DNA of 23,925 nucleotides from a virus (Duplodnaviria; Heunggongvirae; Uroviricota; Caudoviricetes): IMG/VR virus record IMGVR_UViG_2654587569_000016; one strand, 5' to 3'. Shown piece by piece: positions 16,198 to 23,925 of this stretch (position 1 is its first letter; each line of letters starts with the position of its first letter). The notes under the pieces were generated by a model. It saw only the letters and a program-made list of their open reading frames with translations, ran no database searches and was not told where the DNA came from. The position numbers and the translations under genes were made by a program.

Positions 16198-16494
16198 GTG
16201 AGGCTTCCGATCGAACAGGTACTGCGTAATCAGCCAGCGCTGTCCGCGTTTACGTCAGAAATTAATGCGATGAGCGCAACCATTATCGGTCAGCTGGATA
16301 CGAACTTTAAAATTGGTCGTCGTGCGGCGTTACGTGAGATCGAGGATGTGAAACACGATACGCGTGAAGCGGAAGATGTGCTGGATGTGGCGGTGGCCAT
16401 TGCGGAGGCAGAAGGCGAAATTGAGCCGGAAGAGCGCAAGGTGCTGGAAGAGATTGCCGGTGTTCTGGGTCTTCGTATGGATAATCACCTGTGA
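16198..16494 (+). CDS. TerB-like small protein, possibly a truncated remnant
   Basis: C-terminal segment VAIAEAEGEIEPEERKVLEEIAGVLGL matches the TerB-type repeat pattern; only GTG or a poorly supported ATG available as start; shorter than typical TerB domains. Confidence 0.35.
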   Translation: MRLPIEQVLRNQPALSAFTSEINAMSATIIGQLDTNFKIGRRAALREIEDVKHDTREAEDVLDVAVAIAEAEGEIEPEERKVLEEIAGVLGLRMDNHL

Positions 16495-16873
16495 CGGTAA
16501 AACTGCGCCTGGTTGTGGCTGCACTCCTGCTGTTTCTGGTGGTGATGGTGGATTTCACCAGCAGAATCATGTCGGTGCTGGCGGATGGGGTGCTGGTCTG
16601 CGGCATTGTGGTATTGCTGTGGTCGGTGATAAAAAGAAACAGCATAAATAATGCTTGATTTTTTTATTTGCTGTTTATTAAAAACACTACTGCATGGTGA
16701 ATCCCCCTGTGCGGAGGGGCGACTGGTGTAGGTAGCATTTATTATGTTATAGGCAAGCCGACGCGGGTTCAGTGACACCGGCTGAATTCACCGGGAGGCA
16801 CCCGGCACCATGCGCTGCAACAAAAGTGTTATTTCTGTTTTTCTCAAACTATCATCGTTATCCCTTTATTTCC

Positions 16874-16900
16874 GGCTGCGCATGGCGCGGCCTTTTTTTT
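16874..16900 (+). terminator. Strong intrinsic terminator
   Basis: 8-bp GC-rich stem GGCTGCGC/GCGCGGCC (one G-U) followed by eight T. Confidence 0.55.
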
Positions 16901-17196
16901 ACGCCCTGTTACTGGCAGATGTTCATCCTGCGATTTGATTCCGGCTTTTTAACTCTGTTCCTGTACTCGGGAGAAATTCTATGTCGATTAATCGTTATGA
17001 TATTGGTTACAAGAAGTACCACGTATTGTGTTGAGATAGAAAGCCTGGTGCCAGAGGTAAATGCAGCAGCATCATAAAAAAAGAGCCAGCGCAGAAGAGA
17101 ACGGGTAAAAGAGTCTGCGCTGGCGTGGGGATATTCCCCGTGGAGAAATGATATGTAACACACATCGGGAACCTTTCTATATAAACATTATCATTA

Positions 17197-17223
17197 TTGT
17201 CAATCATAACAGTCAGGTATTAT
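17197..17223 (+). promoter_or_regulatory. Candidate late promoter upstream of holin
   Basis: TTGTCA, 15-16 nt spacer, TATTAT, preceded by an AT-rich stretch; followed within about 20 nt by a terminator hairpin. Confidence 0.35.
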
Positions 17224-17240
17224 GACGTTTATGCATCAGG

Positions 17241-17275
17241 GCCATCAGGAATTAACTGGTGGCTTTTTATTGTTG
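17241..17275 (+). terminator. Candidate tR'-like intrinsic terminator
   Basis: Stem GCCATCAG/CTGGTGGC (one G-U), 7-nt loop, then TTTTTATTGTTG; about 30 nt upstream of the holin start. Confidence 0.5.
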
Positions 17276-17303
17276 TCAGCTTCCGGATAACGGGAGACGG
17301 GGT

Positions 17304-17519
17304 ATGTACCAGATGGAAAAAATCACAACAGGTGTGTCATACACCACGTCAGCGGTGGGGACGGGATACTGGCTACTGCAGTTGCTGGACAAAGTCTCCC
17401 CATCCCAGTGGGTGGCAATAGGTGTATTGGGTAGCCTGGTGTTTGGCCTGCTGACGTATCTGACAAACCTTTATTTCAAGATTAAAGAAGACAAGCGTAA
17501 GGCTGCACGGGGAGAGTAA
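17304..17519 (+). CDS. Class II holin, phage 21 S-like pinholin with dual start
   Basis: 71 aa from [10 protein letters not shown]; two in-frame Met codons three codons apart; two TM helices and a [13 protein letters not shown] tail resembling S21; GGGAGA RBS. Confidence 0.8.
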   Translation: MYQMEKITTGVSYTTSAVGTGYWLLQLLDKVSPSQWVAIGVLGSLVFGLLTYLTNLYFKIKEDKRKAARGE

Positions 17520-17523
17520 TTCA

Positions 17524-18075
17524 ATGACTCAAAACTATGAACTGATTGTGAAAGGGATCCGCAATTTTGAGAATAAAGTTACGGTAACTTTAGCGTTACG
17601 GGACAAAAAACGCGTTGACGGTGAAATTTTTGACCTGGACATCTCGCTGGACCGTGTTGAAGGTGCCGCGCTGGAGTTTTATGAGGCAGCAGCCAGAAGG
17701 AGCATCAGACAGGTCTTCCTGGATGTTGCCGCCGGGTTATGTGAAGGGGGTGAGCAGTCGCCGGAAAAGCGCCCCATAATTTTAGAGGCGCAGAATGTGT
17801 GGATAACCTACAAAGGAAAGCTACCGGGAAGAATTACTGGTTCTCTGAAGACGCCACCGACGGCATTGCGGTCAGAAAAAGATGATATTGAATCGCCCAT
17901 TGAAAAACTGGAGGGCAGAGTCGCTGATCTGAATAAAAAATTGTCGGTGCTGATCCCTTCTGAAGATGAAAAAAAACGCCGCGATGAGCAGTTTGCGGCG
18001 TTTTACGATTATTGCATTGAGGTTACTCGCAGGAATTTTGTGAAGATTTTTGAGGAGGGTAAATCTCTTCAGTAA
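17524..18075 (+). CDS. Hypothetical protein (183 aa) inserted between holin and endolysin
   Basis: Starts 4 nt after the holin stop with GGAGAG RBS; charged, partly helical; no recognisable domain. Confidence 0.55.
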   Translation: MTQNYELIVKGIRNFENKVTVTLALRDKKRVDGEIFDLDISLDRVEGAALEFYEAAARRSIRQVFLDVAAGLCEGGEQSPEKRPIILEAQNVWITYKGKLPGRITGSLKTPPTALRSEKDDIESPIEKLEGRVADLNKKLSVLIPSEDEKKRRDEQFAAFYDYCIEVTRRNFVKIFEEGKSLQ

Positions 18076-18289
18076 GCTTAATGGCGGACGCTGCAATTAA
18101 TTCTGGAAGGTCCGCAAGGTCATCTGTCAGTGGGAATGATGAAAAATCGGCGGCAGTTCTGTTAAGACGCGCTTTAACTAATTCCTTTTCTTTCTCCGGC
18201 AACAAGTTGATTAGAGCTACGACTGCTTGCCTGAGTGCGATTAAATCAGCAAAAGTTTGTTTTGGTAGATTTGTGTAATCCATAGTCAC
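18023..18289 (-). CDS. Hypothetical protein (88 aa), convergent with and overlapping the previous gene
   Basis: Minus-strand ORF with weak RBS; 3' end overlaps the plus-strand gene by about 50 bp; acidic helical sequence. Confidence 0.35.
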   Translation of the reverse strand: MTMDYTNLPKQTFADLIALRQAVVALINLLPEKEKELVKARLNRTAADFSSFPLTDDLADLPELIAASAIKLTEEIYPPQKSSQNSCE

Positions 18290-18395
18290 TCTGTGTTTAT
18301 CAGATTGACATCCTCCTCCCGCCAGTGCCCATCACTGGCGAGGTAAGATTTAACATATCCGGGGATTTGAAGCCGATAAATCCTGATAAATATCC

Positions 18396-18929
18396 ATGAG
18401 CGCAAAAATCAAATATGGCCTGTCGGCTGCCGTTCTGGCACTGATTGCCGTCGGTGCGCCTGCGCCTGACATTCTTGACCAGTTTCTGAATGAAAAGGAA
18501 GGTAACCATACCACGGCATACCGCGATGGTTCCGGCATCTGGACCATCTGTCGGGGGGCCACGATGGTGGATGGAAAACCCGTTTTTCCCGGTATGAAAC
18601 TGTCGAAGGAAAAATGCGACCAGGTTAACGCTATTGAACGTGATAAGGCGCTGGCATGGGTGGAGCGCAATATTAAAGTACCACTGACCGAATCACAGAA
18701 AGCGGGTATAGCGTCATTTTGTCCCTATAACATTGGCCCCGGTAAGTGTTTCCCGTCGACGTTTTATAAGCGGCTGAATGCCGGTGATCGTAAGGGTGCA
18801 TGCGAGGCGATTCGCTGGTGGATAAAAGATGGTGGGCGCGATTGCCGCATACGTTCAAATAACTGCTATGGACAGGTTATTCGTCGTGACCAGGAAAGCG
18901 CATTAGCCTGTTGGGGGATAGCTCAGTGA
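18396..18929 (+). CDS. SAR endolysin (T4-lysozyme-like, glycoside hydrolase family 24)
   Basis: 177 aa; N-terminal signal-anchor-release segment [16 protein letters not shown]; catalytic Glu/Asp/Thr spacing (NEKEG...RDGSG...WTI) as in T4 lysozyme. Confidence 0.9.
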   Translation: MSAKIKYGLSAAVLALIAVGAPAPDILDQFLNEKEGNHTTAYRDGSGIWTICRGATMVDGKPVFPGMKLSKEKCDQVNAIERDKALAWVERNIKVPLTESQKAGIASFCPYNIGPGKCFPSTFYKRLNAGDRKGACEAIRWWIKDGGRDCRIRSNNCYGQVIRRDQESALACWGIAQ

Positions 18930-19390
18930 GCAGAGTCGCTGCGATTATTTATGCTCTGGTTATCTGCATAATCGTCTGCCTGTCGTGGGCGGTCAATCAT
19001 TACCGTGATAACGCCATCGCCTACAAAGAACAGCGTGATAAAAAAGTCAGTGAGCTGAAGCAGGCGACCGCCACCATTACTGACATGCAGCGGCGCCAGC
19101 GCGATGTTGCTGCACTGGATGAAAAATACTCAAGGGAGTTAGCTGATGCAAAAGCTGAAAATGATGCTCTGCGTGATGATATTGCCGCTGGTCGTCGTCG
19201 GTTGCGCATCAGAGCAGTCTGTCAGACCGGACGTGAAGCCACCGCCGCCCCCGGCGTGGGTAATGCAGCCGCCCCCCGACTGGCAGACACCGCTGAACGG
19301 GATTATTTCACTCTCAGAGAGCGGCTGATAATAATGCAAAAACAACTGGAAGGGGCACAGCTATACATTCGTGAGCAATGCCTCAGATAA
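18926..19390 (+). CDS. Rz-like inner-membrane spanin
   Basis: GTG start overlapping the endolysin stop; N-terminal TM helix then coiled-coil periplasmic domain; contains the Rz1 reading frame. Confidence 0.75.
   Translation: MSRVAAIIYALVICIIVCLSWAVNHYRDNAIAYKEQRDKKVSELKQATATITDMQRRQRDVAALDEKYSRELADAKAENDALRDDIAAGRRRLRIRAVCQTGREATAAPGVGNAAAPRLADTAERDYFTLRERLIIMQKQLEGAQLYIREQCLR
19146..19328 (+). CDS. Rz1-like outer-membrane lipoprotein spanin, embedded in Rz
   Basis: 60 aa in the +1 frame within Rz; signal peptide with lipobox LVVVGCAS; proline-rich mature part. Confidence 0.75.
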   Translation: MQKLKMMLCVMILPLVVVGCASEQSVRPDVKPPPPPAWVMQPPPDWQTPLNGIISLSESG

Positions 19391-19586
19391 AAACCGGCCA
19401 AGGATAATCCGCTGAAGATTCGCCGGTGGCACAAGAGAGCCAAGAGTTCAGCTTAGGCCATTACTCCTGTCGATGCAATGCACCGTCTGTGTGACGCCAG
19501 TGGATGCCTGATTTATTTCTGTGTTCTGTATCAGACGCTCGTTCATGGCTGCCTGGCTGACGGGTCCTCCCGGTGGGGTGGCCTGC

Positions 19587-19607
19587 CACGGGGCGGGAGC
19601 GTCGCGG
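19587..19607. other. cos site core (cosN-like)
   Basis: CACGGGGCGGGAGCGTCGCGG resembles the lambda cohesive-end region as I recall it; followed by an AT-rich stretch with TTCGTCAT, upstream of the terminase small subunit. Confidence 0.5.
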
Positions 19608-19776
19608 AAAAAGGCTAGTTTTTGAAATTTTATTCGTCATCACCACCACTGTAACTTATTGATATTAAAGTAGTTTTATTTTTATGGTGTCGATTTTGAT
19701 TGTTTTTTGTTCACCACTAACACCGTTTGCCTAAAGTTGTTCGCAAGATGCATGTTTAAAACATTCTGGAGCGGGT

Positions 19777-20271
19777 ATGGATCGAGAGTTAAAAAATCTG
19801 ACGCTGAATATCAGTCAACTGGCGGCACTGTCAGGTGTACATCGCCAGACTGCTGCGGCAAGGCTGCAAAATCTACCCGTTGCAGGGGGGCATGAAAGCA
19901 ACCTCAAGCTTTATCGGGTGGTTGATATTGTGTCGGCATTTCTGGCATTACCACCGCCGGTTGCAGAAGGCGAAATGGACGCGCATGAGCGCAAAGCCTG
20001 GTATCAGTCTGAACGTGAGCGTCTTAAGTTCGAGCAGGAAACGGCACAACTCATTCCGGCCAGTGATGTCAGACGGGAGTTTGCCATCTGGGCAAAAGCG
20101 GTCGTGCAGGTGCTGGAGACATTACCGGATATTCTGGAACGTGACTGCGGTCTGCAGCCTGCCGCTGTGAGCCGTGTTCAGTCCATTATTGATGATCTGC
20201 GCGATCAGATAGCCCTGCGGGTGACTGAAGCAGGTGCGGATGATGAGGAGGAATTACAGCAGGAGGAGTAA
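19777..20271 (+). CDS. Terminase small subunit (Nu1-like position)
   Basis: 164 aa; N-terminal HTH-like segment (LNISQLAALSGVHRQTAAARL), acidic C-terminus; immediately upstream of and overlapping the large terminase; downstream of cos. Confidence 0.7.
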   Translation: MDRELKNLTLNISQLAALSGVHRQTAAARLQNLPVAGGHESNLKLYRVVDIVSAFLALPPPVAEGEMDAHERKAWYQSERERLKFEQETAQLIPASDVRREFAIWAKAVVQVLETLPDILERDCGLQPAAVSRVQSIIDDLRDQIALRVTEAGADDEEELQQEE

Positions 20272-22373
20272 TGCTGAATCAGGAAACCGCAAAGGCAGCA
20301 CGAACCGATTCAGGTTATATCCTTCGCGCACCGAGACGAATGCGGGTTGCTGATGCCGTTGCTCAGTATATGCGGGTGCCCATGGGGGCAGGGAACTCAG
20401 TCCCGTGGGATCCGCTGGTGGCACCGTATGTTATTGAGCCGATGAACTGCCTGGCCTCGCGTGAATACGACGCAGTGATATTTGTTGGCCCGGCACAAAC
20501 CGGCAAGACTATCGGCCTGATTGACGGCTGGGTGATTTACAACGTGATTTGCGATCCTGCGGATATGCTGATCATTCAGATGACGGAGGAAAAAGCCCGC
20601 GAACACTCTAAAAAACGACTCGCCAGAACGTTTCGCGTCAGCCCGGAAGTGGTCAGTCGCCTGAGTCCGAACAAAAATGACAACAACGTTTATGACAGAA
20701 CATTCCTTGCTGGCAACTACCTGAAAATCGGCTGGCCGTCAGTCAATATCATGTCTTCATCAGATTATAAATGCGTGGCGCTGACGGATTATGACCGTTT
20801 TCCGGAAGATATTGATGGTGAGGGGGATGCCTTCTCTCTTGCCTCAAAACGTACCACCACATTTATGTCCAGTGGTATGACGCTGGTGGAGAGTTCCCCC
20901 GGCAGGGATGTGAAGGATGTGAAATGGCGACGGACTTCACCGCATGAGGCTCCACCAACCACGGGGATACTGTCGCTCTATAACCGTGGCGATCGCCGTC
21001 GCTGGTACTGGCCCTGTCCACACTGTGGTGAGTATTTTCAGCCCTGCGGCGATGTGGTTGCTGGTTTCCGTGATATTGCCGATCCTGTGCTGGCAAGTGA
21101 GGCGGCTTATATTCAGTGTCCTTCCTGTTCAGGACGGATTTTGCCTGAACAAAAACGCGAGCTGAACGGACGTGGGGTCTGGTTACGGGATGGTGAATCC
21201 ATCAATGCAGATGGCAGTCGTTATGGTGATCCCCGGCGTTCACGTATTGCGTCATTCTGGATGGAGGGTCCGGCAGCTGCTTATCAGACACTCTCGCAAC
21301 TCGTTTACAAACTGCTTACTGCAGAACAGGAATACGAGACAACCGGAAGTGAAGAAACACTCAGGGCGGTTATCAATACCGACTGGGGATTACCTTATCT
21401 TCCCCGCGCCAGCATGGAGCAACGAAAAAGTGAACTGCTTGAGCAGCGGGCAGAGCCAGTTCCTTCCCGCAGTGTGCCGGATGGCGTTAATTTCCTTGTG
21501 GCGACAGTGGATGTGCAGGCGGGACGTCATCGCCGTTTTGTGGTTCAGGTAACGGGCTATGGCAGCCGTGGCGAACGCTGGATTATTGATCGTTACAACA
21601 TCACGCAGTCATTGCGCGGTGACAGCGACGGGGAGAGCCAGCGGATTGATCCGGCCAGCTATCCGGAAGACTGGGATGTCCTGCTGACGGATGTTTTTCA
21701 TAAAAACTGGCCGCTGGCCTCCGATCCTTCTCAACAAATGCGACTGATGGCAATGGCGGTGGACTCCGGCGGTGAAGACGGGGTCACTGATAATGCCTAT
21801 AAATTCTGGCGTCGTTGCCGTCGTGATGGCCTTGGTAAACGTATTTACCTGTTTAAGGGCGACAGCATCCGGCGCGCAAAACTGATCACCCGTACATTCC
21901 CTGATAACACCGGACGAACGGGCCGACGGGCGCAGGCCGCAGGTGATGTGCCGCTCTGGCTTCTTCAGACGGATGCCCTGAAAGACCGGGTGAATAACGC
22001 GTTATGGCGTGACTCGCCAGGTCCCGGCTATGTGCATTTCCCTGACTGGCTGGGGAGCTGGTTTTACGACGAACTGACGTATGAAGAGCGGAGCAGCGAC
22101 GGGAAATGGAGTAAGCCGGGTCGCGGTGCCAACGAAGCTTTTGACCTGATGGTGTATGCCGAGGCTCTGGTCATTCTGCATGGATACGAAAAGATTCGCT
22201 GGCCGGATGCACCGGAGTGGGCGAGCCGGGAAACCTGGCTGGAGTGTGTCCAGGACAGTACCGAACCGTCATCCTCACCGGAACCGGTATCCACGCCTGT
22301 TAAAAAACAAAAACGGAAGAAAACAGTAACTGACGATGTTAACCCCTGGCTGACTTCCGGAGGATGGTTATGA
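20271..22373 (+). CDS. Terminase large subunit, lambda gpA-like
   Basis: 700 aa; Walker A FVGPAQTGKT near the N-terminus; AGGAGGAG RBS; start overlaps the small-subunit stop. Confidence 0.9.
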   Translation: MLNQETAKAARTDSGYILRAPRRMRVADAVAQYMRVPMGAGNSVPWDPLVAPYVIEPMNCLASREYDAVIFVGPAQTGKTIGLIDGWVIYNVICDPADMLIIQMTEEKAREHSKKRLARTFRVSPEVVSRLSPNKNDNNVYDRTFLAGNYLKIGWPSVNIMSSSDYKCVALTDYDRFPEDIDGEGDAFSLASKRTTTFMSSGMTLVESSPGRDVKDVKWRRTSPHEAPPTTGILSLYNRGDRRRWYWPCPHCGEYFQPCGDVVAGFRDIADPVLASEAAYIQCPSCSGRILPEQKRELNGRGVWLRDGESINADGSRYGDPRRSRIASFWMEGPAAAYQTLSQLVYKLLTAEQEYETTGSEETLRAVINTDWGLPYLPRASMEQRKSELLEQRAEPVPSRSVPDGVNFLVATVDVQAGRHRRFVVQVTGYGSRGERWIIDRYNITQSLRGDSDGESQRIDPASYPEDWDVLLTDVFHKNWPLASDPSQQMRLMAMAVDSGGEDGVTDNAYKFWRRCRRDGLGKRIYLFKGDSIRRAKLITRTFPDNTGRTGRRAQAAGDVPLWLLQTDALKDRVNNALWRDSPGPGYVHFPDWLGSWFYDELTYEERSSDGKWSKPGRGANEAFDLMVYAEALVILHGYEKIRWPDAPEWASRETWLECVQDSTEPSSSPEPVSTPVKKQKRKKTVTDDVNPWLTSGGWL

Positions 22374-22582
22374 ACCAGAATGATATCGAAGCCATGATTC
22401 AGCGTTATATGGAAGCTGAAATGGCGGTGCTGGACGGAAAATCCGTCACCTTTAATGGTCAGCAGATGACCATGGAAAACTTATCTGAGATCCGGCAGGG
22501 ACGGCAGGAGTGGGAGCGCCGCCTTGCGGCTCTGATTACACGACGACGGGGGCATCCCGGGTACCGGCTGGCGAGGTTCTGA
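22370..22582 (+). CDS. Head-tail joining protein, gpW-like
   Basis: About 70 aa; between large terminase and portal, coupled to both; C-terminal RRRGHPGYRL resembles the lambda W tail. Confidence 0.6.
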   Translation: MNQNDIEAMIQRYMEAEMAVLDGKSVTFNGQQMTMENLSEIRQGRQEWERRLAALITRRRGHPGYRLARF

Positions 22583-23925
22583 TGGCAATTCTTGATGATG
22601 TGATTGGCGTTTTTTCACCTGGATGGAAAGCGGCAAGGCTGCGTTCCCGTGCGGTGATCCAGGCTTATGAAGCCGTAAAAACGACGCGGACACACAAAGC
22701 CCGACGGGAGAACCGAACTGCCGACCAGCTAAGCCAGTACGGGGCCGTGTCGTTACGTGAGCAGGCCCGTTACCTTGATAACAACCACGATCTGGTTATT
22801 GGTGTATTTGACAAGCTGGAAGAACGGGTGGTGGGGAAAAACGGGATTATTGTCGAGCCACATCCGGTATTACGCAATGGGGCCATTGCCCGTGATCTGG
22901 CAGCGGAGATTCGCACCCGATGGAGTGAATGGTCTGTCAGCCCGGAAGTCACCGGGCAGTTTACCCGTCCGATGCTGGAACGTCTGATGCTGCGTACCTG
23001 GCTGCGCGATGGTGAGGTGTTTGCCCAGATGGTTTCCGGGCGCATAAACAGCCTGACGCCTTCTGCCGGTGTTCATTTCTGGCTGGAAGCGCTCGAGCCG
23101 GACTTTATTCCCATGACCAGTGATGAGAGCAACAGGCTGAATCAGGGCGTGTTTGTTGATGACTGGGGGCGTCCCGAAAAATATCTGGTGTATAAAAGCC
23201 GTCCCGTATCCGGGCGGCAGATGGAAACCAAAGAAGTGGATGCAGAGCGAATGCTGCATCTTAAATTTGTTCGCCGTCTGCACCAGATGCGCGGGACGTC
23301 TTTGTTGTCCGGTGTGCTGATCCGCCTCAGTGCCCTGAAAGAGTATGAAGATTCTGAGCTGACTGCAGCAAGGATCGCCGCTGCTCTGGGGATGTACATC
23401 CGCAAAGGCGACGGGCAGAGCTATGAACCGGATGGTAATGGCAGCAAGGATAAGGAACGCGAGCTTACCATTCAGCCAGGCATTATTTACGACGATCTGA
23501 AACCCGGCGAAGAAATCGGAATGGTGAAGTCGGATCGCCCCAATCCTAACCTTGAAACTTTTCGTAATGGTCAGTTGCGTGCCGTGGCGGCGGGCAGTCG
23601 TCTGAGTTTTTCCAGTACAGCGCGCAACTATAACGGCACTTACAGCGCCCAGCGTCAGGAGCTGGTTGAATCCACTGATGGCTACCTGATCCTGCAGGAC
23701 TGGTTTATTGGTGCCGTCACCCGCCCGATGTATCGTGCCTGGCTGAAACAGGCTGTGGCATCCGGTGTTATCAGGCTACCCCGCGATCTTGACCGTTCTT
23801 CACTGTATACCGCGGTGTATTCCGGACCAGTGATGCCGTGGATTGACCCTGTTAAGGAGGCTGAGGCCTGGAAAATCCAGATTCGTGGTGGAGCGGCGAC
23901 AGAATCAGACTGGGTACGTGCTGGT
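22582..23925 (+). CDS. Portal protein, lambda gpB-like; 3' end beyond the window
   Basis: Open frame from ATG 22582 (overlapping the W stop) to the window end with no stop; position after the terminase. Absent from the ORF track because it lacks a stop in the window. Confidence 0.85.
   Translation, partial: MAILDDVIGVFSPGWKAARLRSRAVIQAYEAVKTTRTHKARRENRTADQLSQYGAVSLREQARYLDNNHDLVIGVFDKLEERVVGKNGIIVEPHPVLRNGAIARDLAAEIRTRWSEWSVSPEVTGQFTRPMLERLMLRTWLRDGEVFAQMVSGRINSLTPSAGVHFWLEALEPDFIPMTSDESNRLNQGVFVDDWGRPEKYLVYKSRPVSGRQMETKEVDAERMLHLKFVRRLHQMRGTSLLSGVLIRLSALKEYEDSELTAARIAAALGMYIRKGDGQSYEPDGNGSKDKERELTIQPGIIYDDLKPGEEIGMVKSDRPNPNLETFRNGQLRAVAAGSRLSFSSTARNYNGTYSAQRQELVESTDGYLILQDWFIGAVTRPMYRAWLKQAVASGVIRLPRDLDRSSLYTAVYSGPVMPWIDPVKEAEAWKIQIRGGAATESDWVRAG

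Noticed and set aside
15906-17190. Shiga toxin or other toxin genes after the tRNA cluster
   Set aside because: The Stx-phage-like layout suggested it, but no ORF of the right size or character is present; only a TerB-like remnant and a small membrane frame.
19461-19649. 62-aa minus-strand ORF between Rz and the terminase
   Set aside because: It spans the cos-like sequence, is arginine/proline-rich and has no RBS; likely non-coding.
1-23925. Insertion sequences or transposases
   Set aside because: No transposase-like ORF or terminal inverted repeat pair was seen; the only recombinase is the prophage integrase.

Overview
The window is almost entirely one lambdoid, cos-packaging prophage of an enterobacterial (E. 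coli-like) host. It runs from the integrase stop codon at position 1 to a portal gene truncated by the window end. Order: int and xis (minus strand); a leftward early operon of about ten unrecognised genes, including a translationally coupled SPFH/band-7 lipoprotein module; cI and divergent cro with PL- and PR-like promoters; two Rha-like regulators; a replication module (O-like initiator with internal iterons, DnaC-like loader, DnaB-like helicase); Q antiterminator; a roughly 4.7 kb cargo island (antisense DUF4236-like gene, PapI-like small regulator plus N6-adenine methyltransferase, three tRNAs, TerB-like remnant); a lysis cassette (pinholin, inserted unknown genes, SAR endolysin, Rz/Rz1); a lambda-like cos site; terminase small and large subunits, gpW-like and portal. 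No stx, CRISPR array or IS element was seen. All calls rest on reading the ORF translations and the DNA by eye; no database search or computation was run. The best candidates for an undescribed system are the antisense DUF4236-like gene after Q, the SPFH three-gene module, and the gene pair inserted between holin and endolysin.
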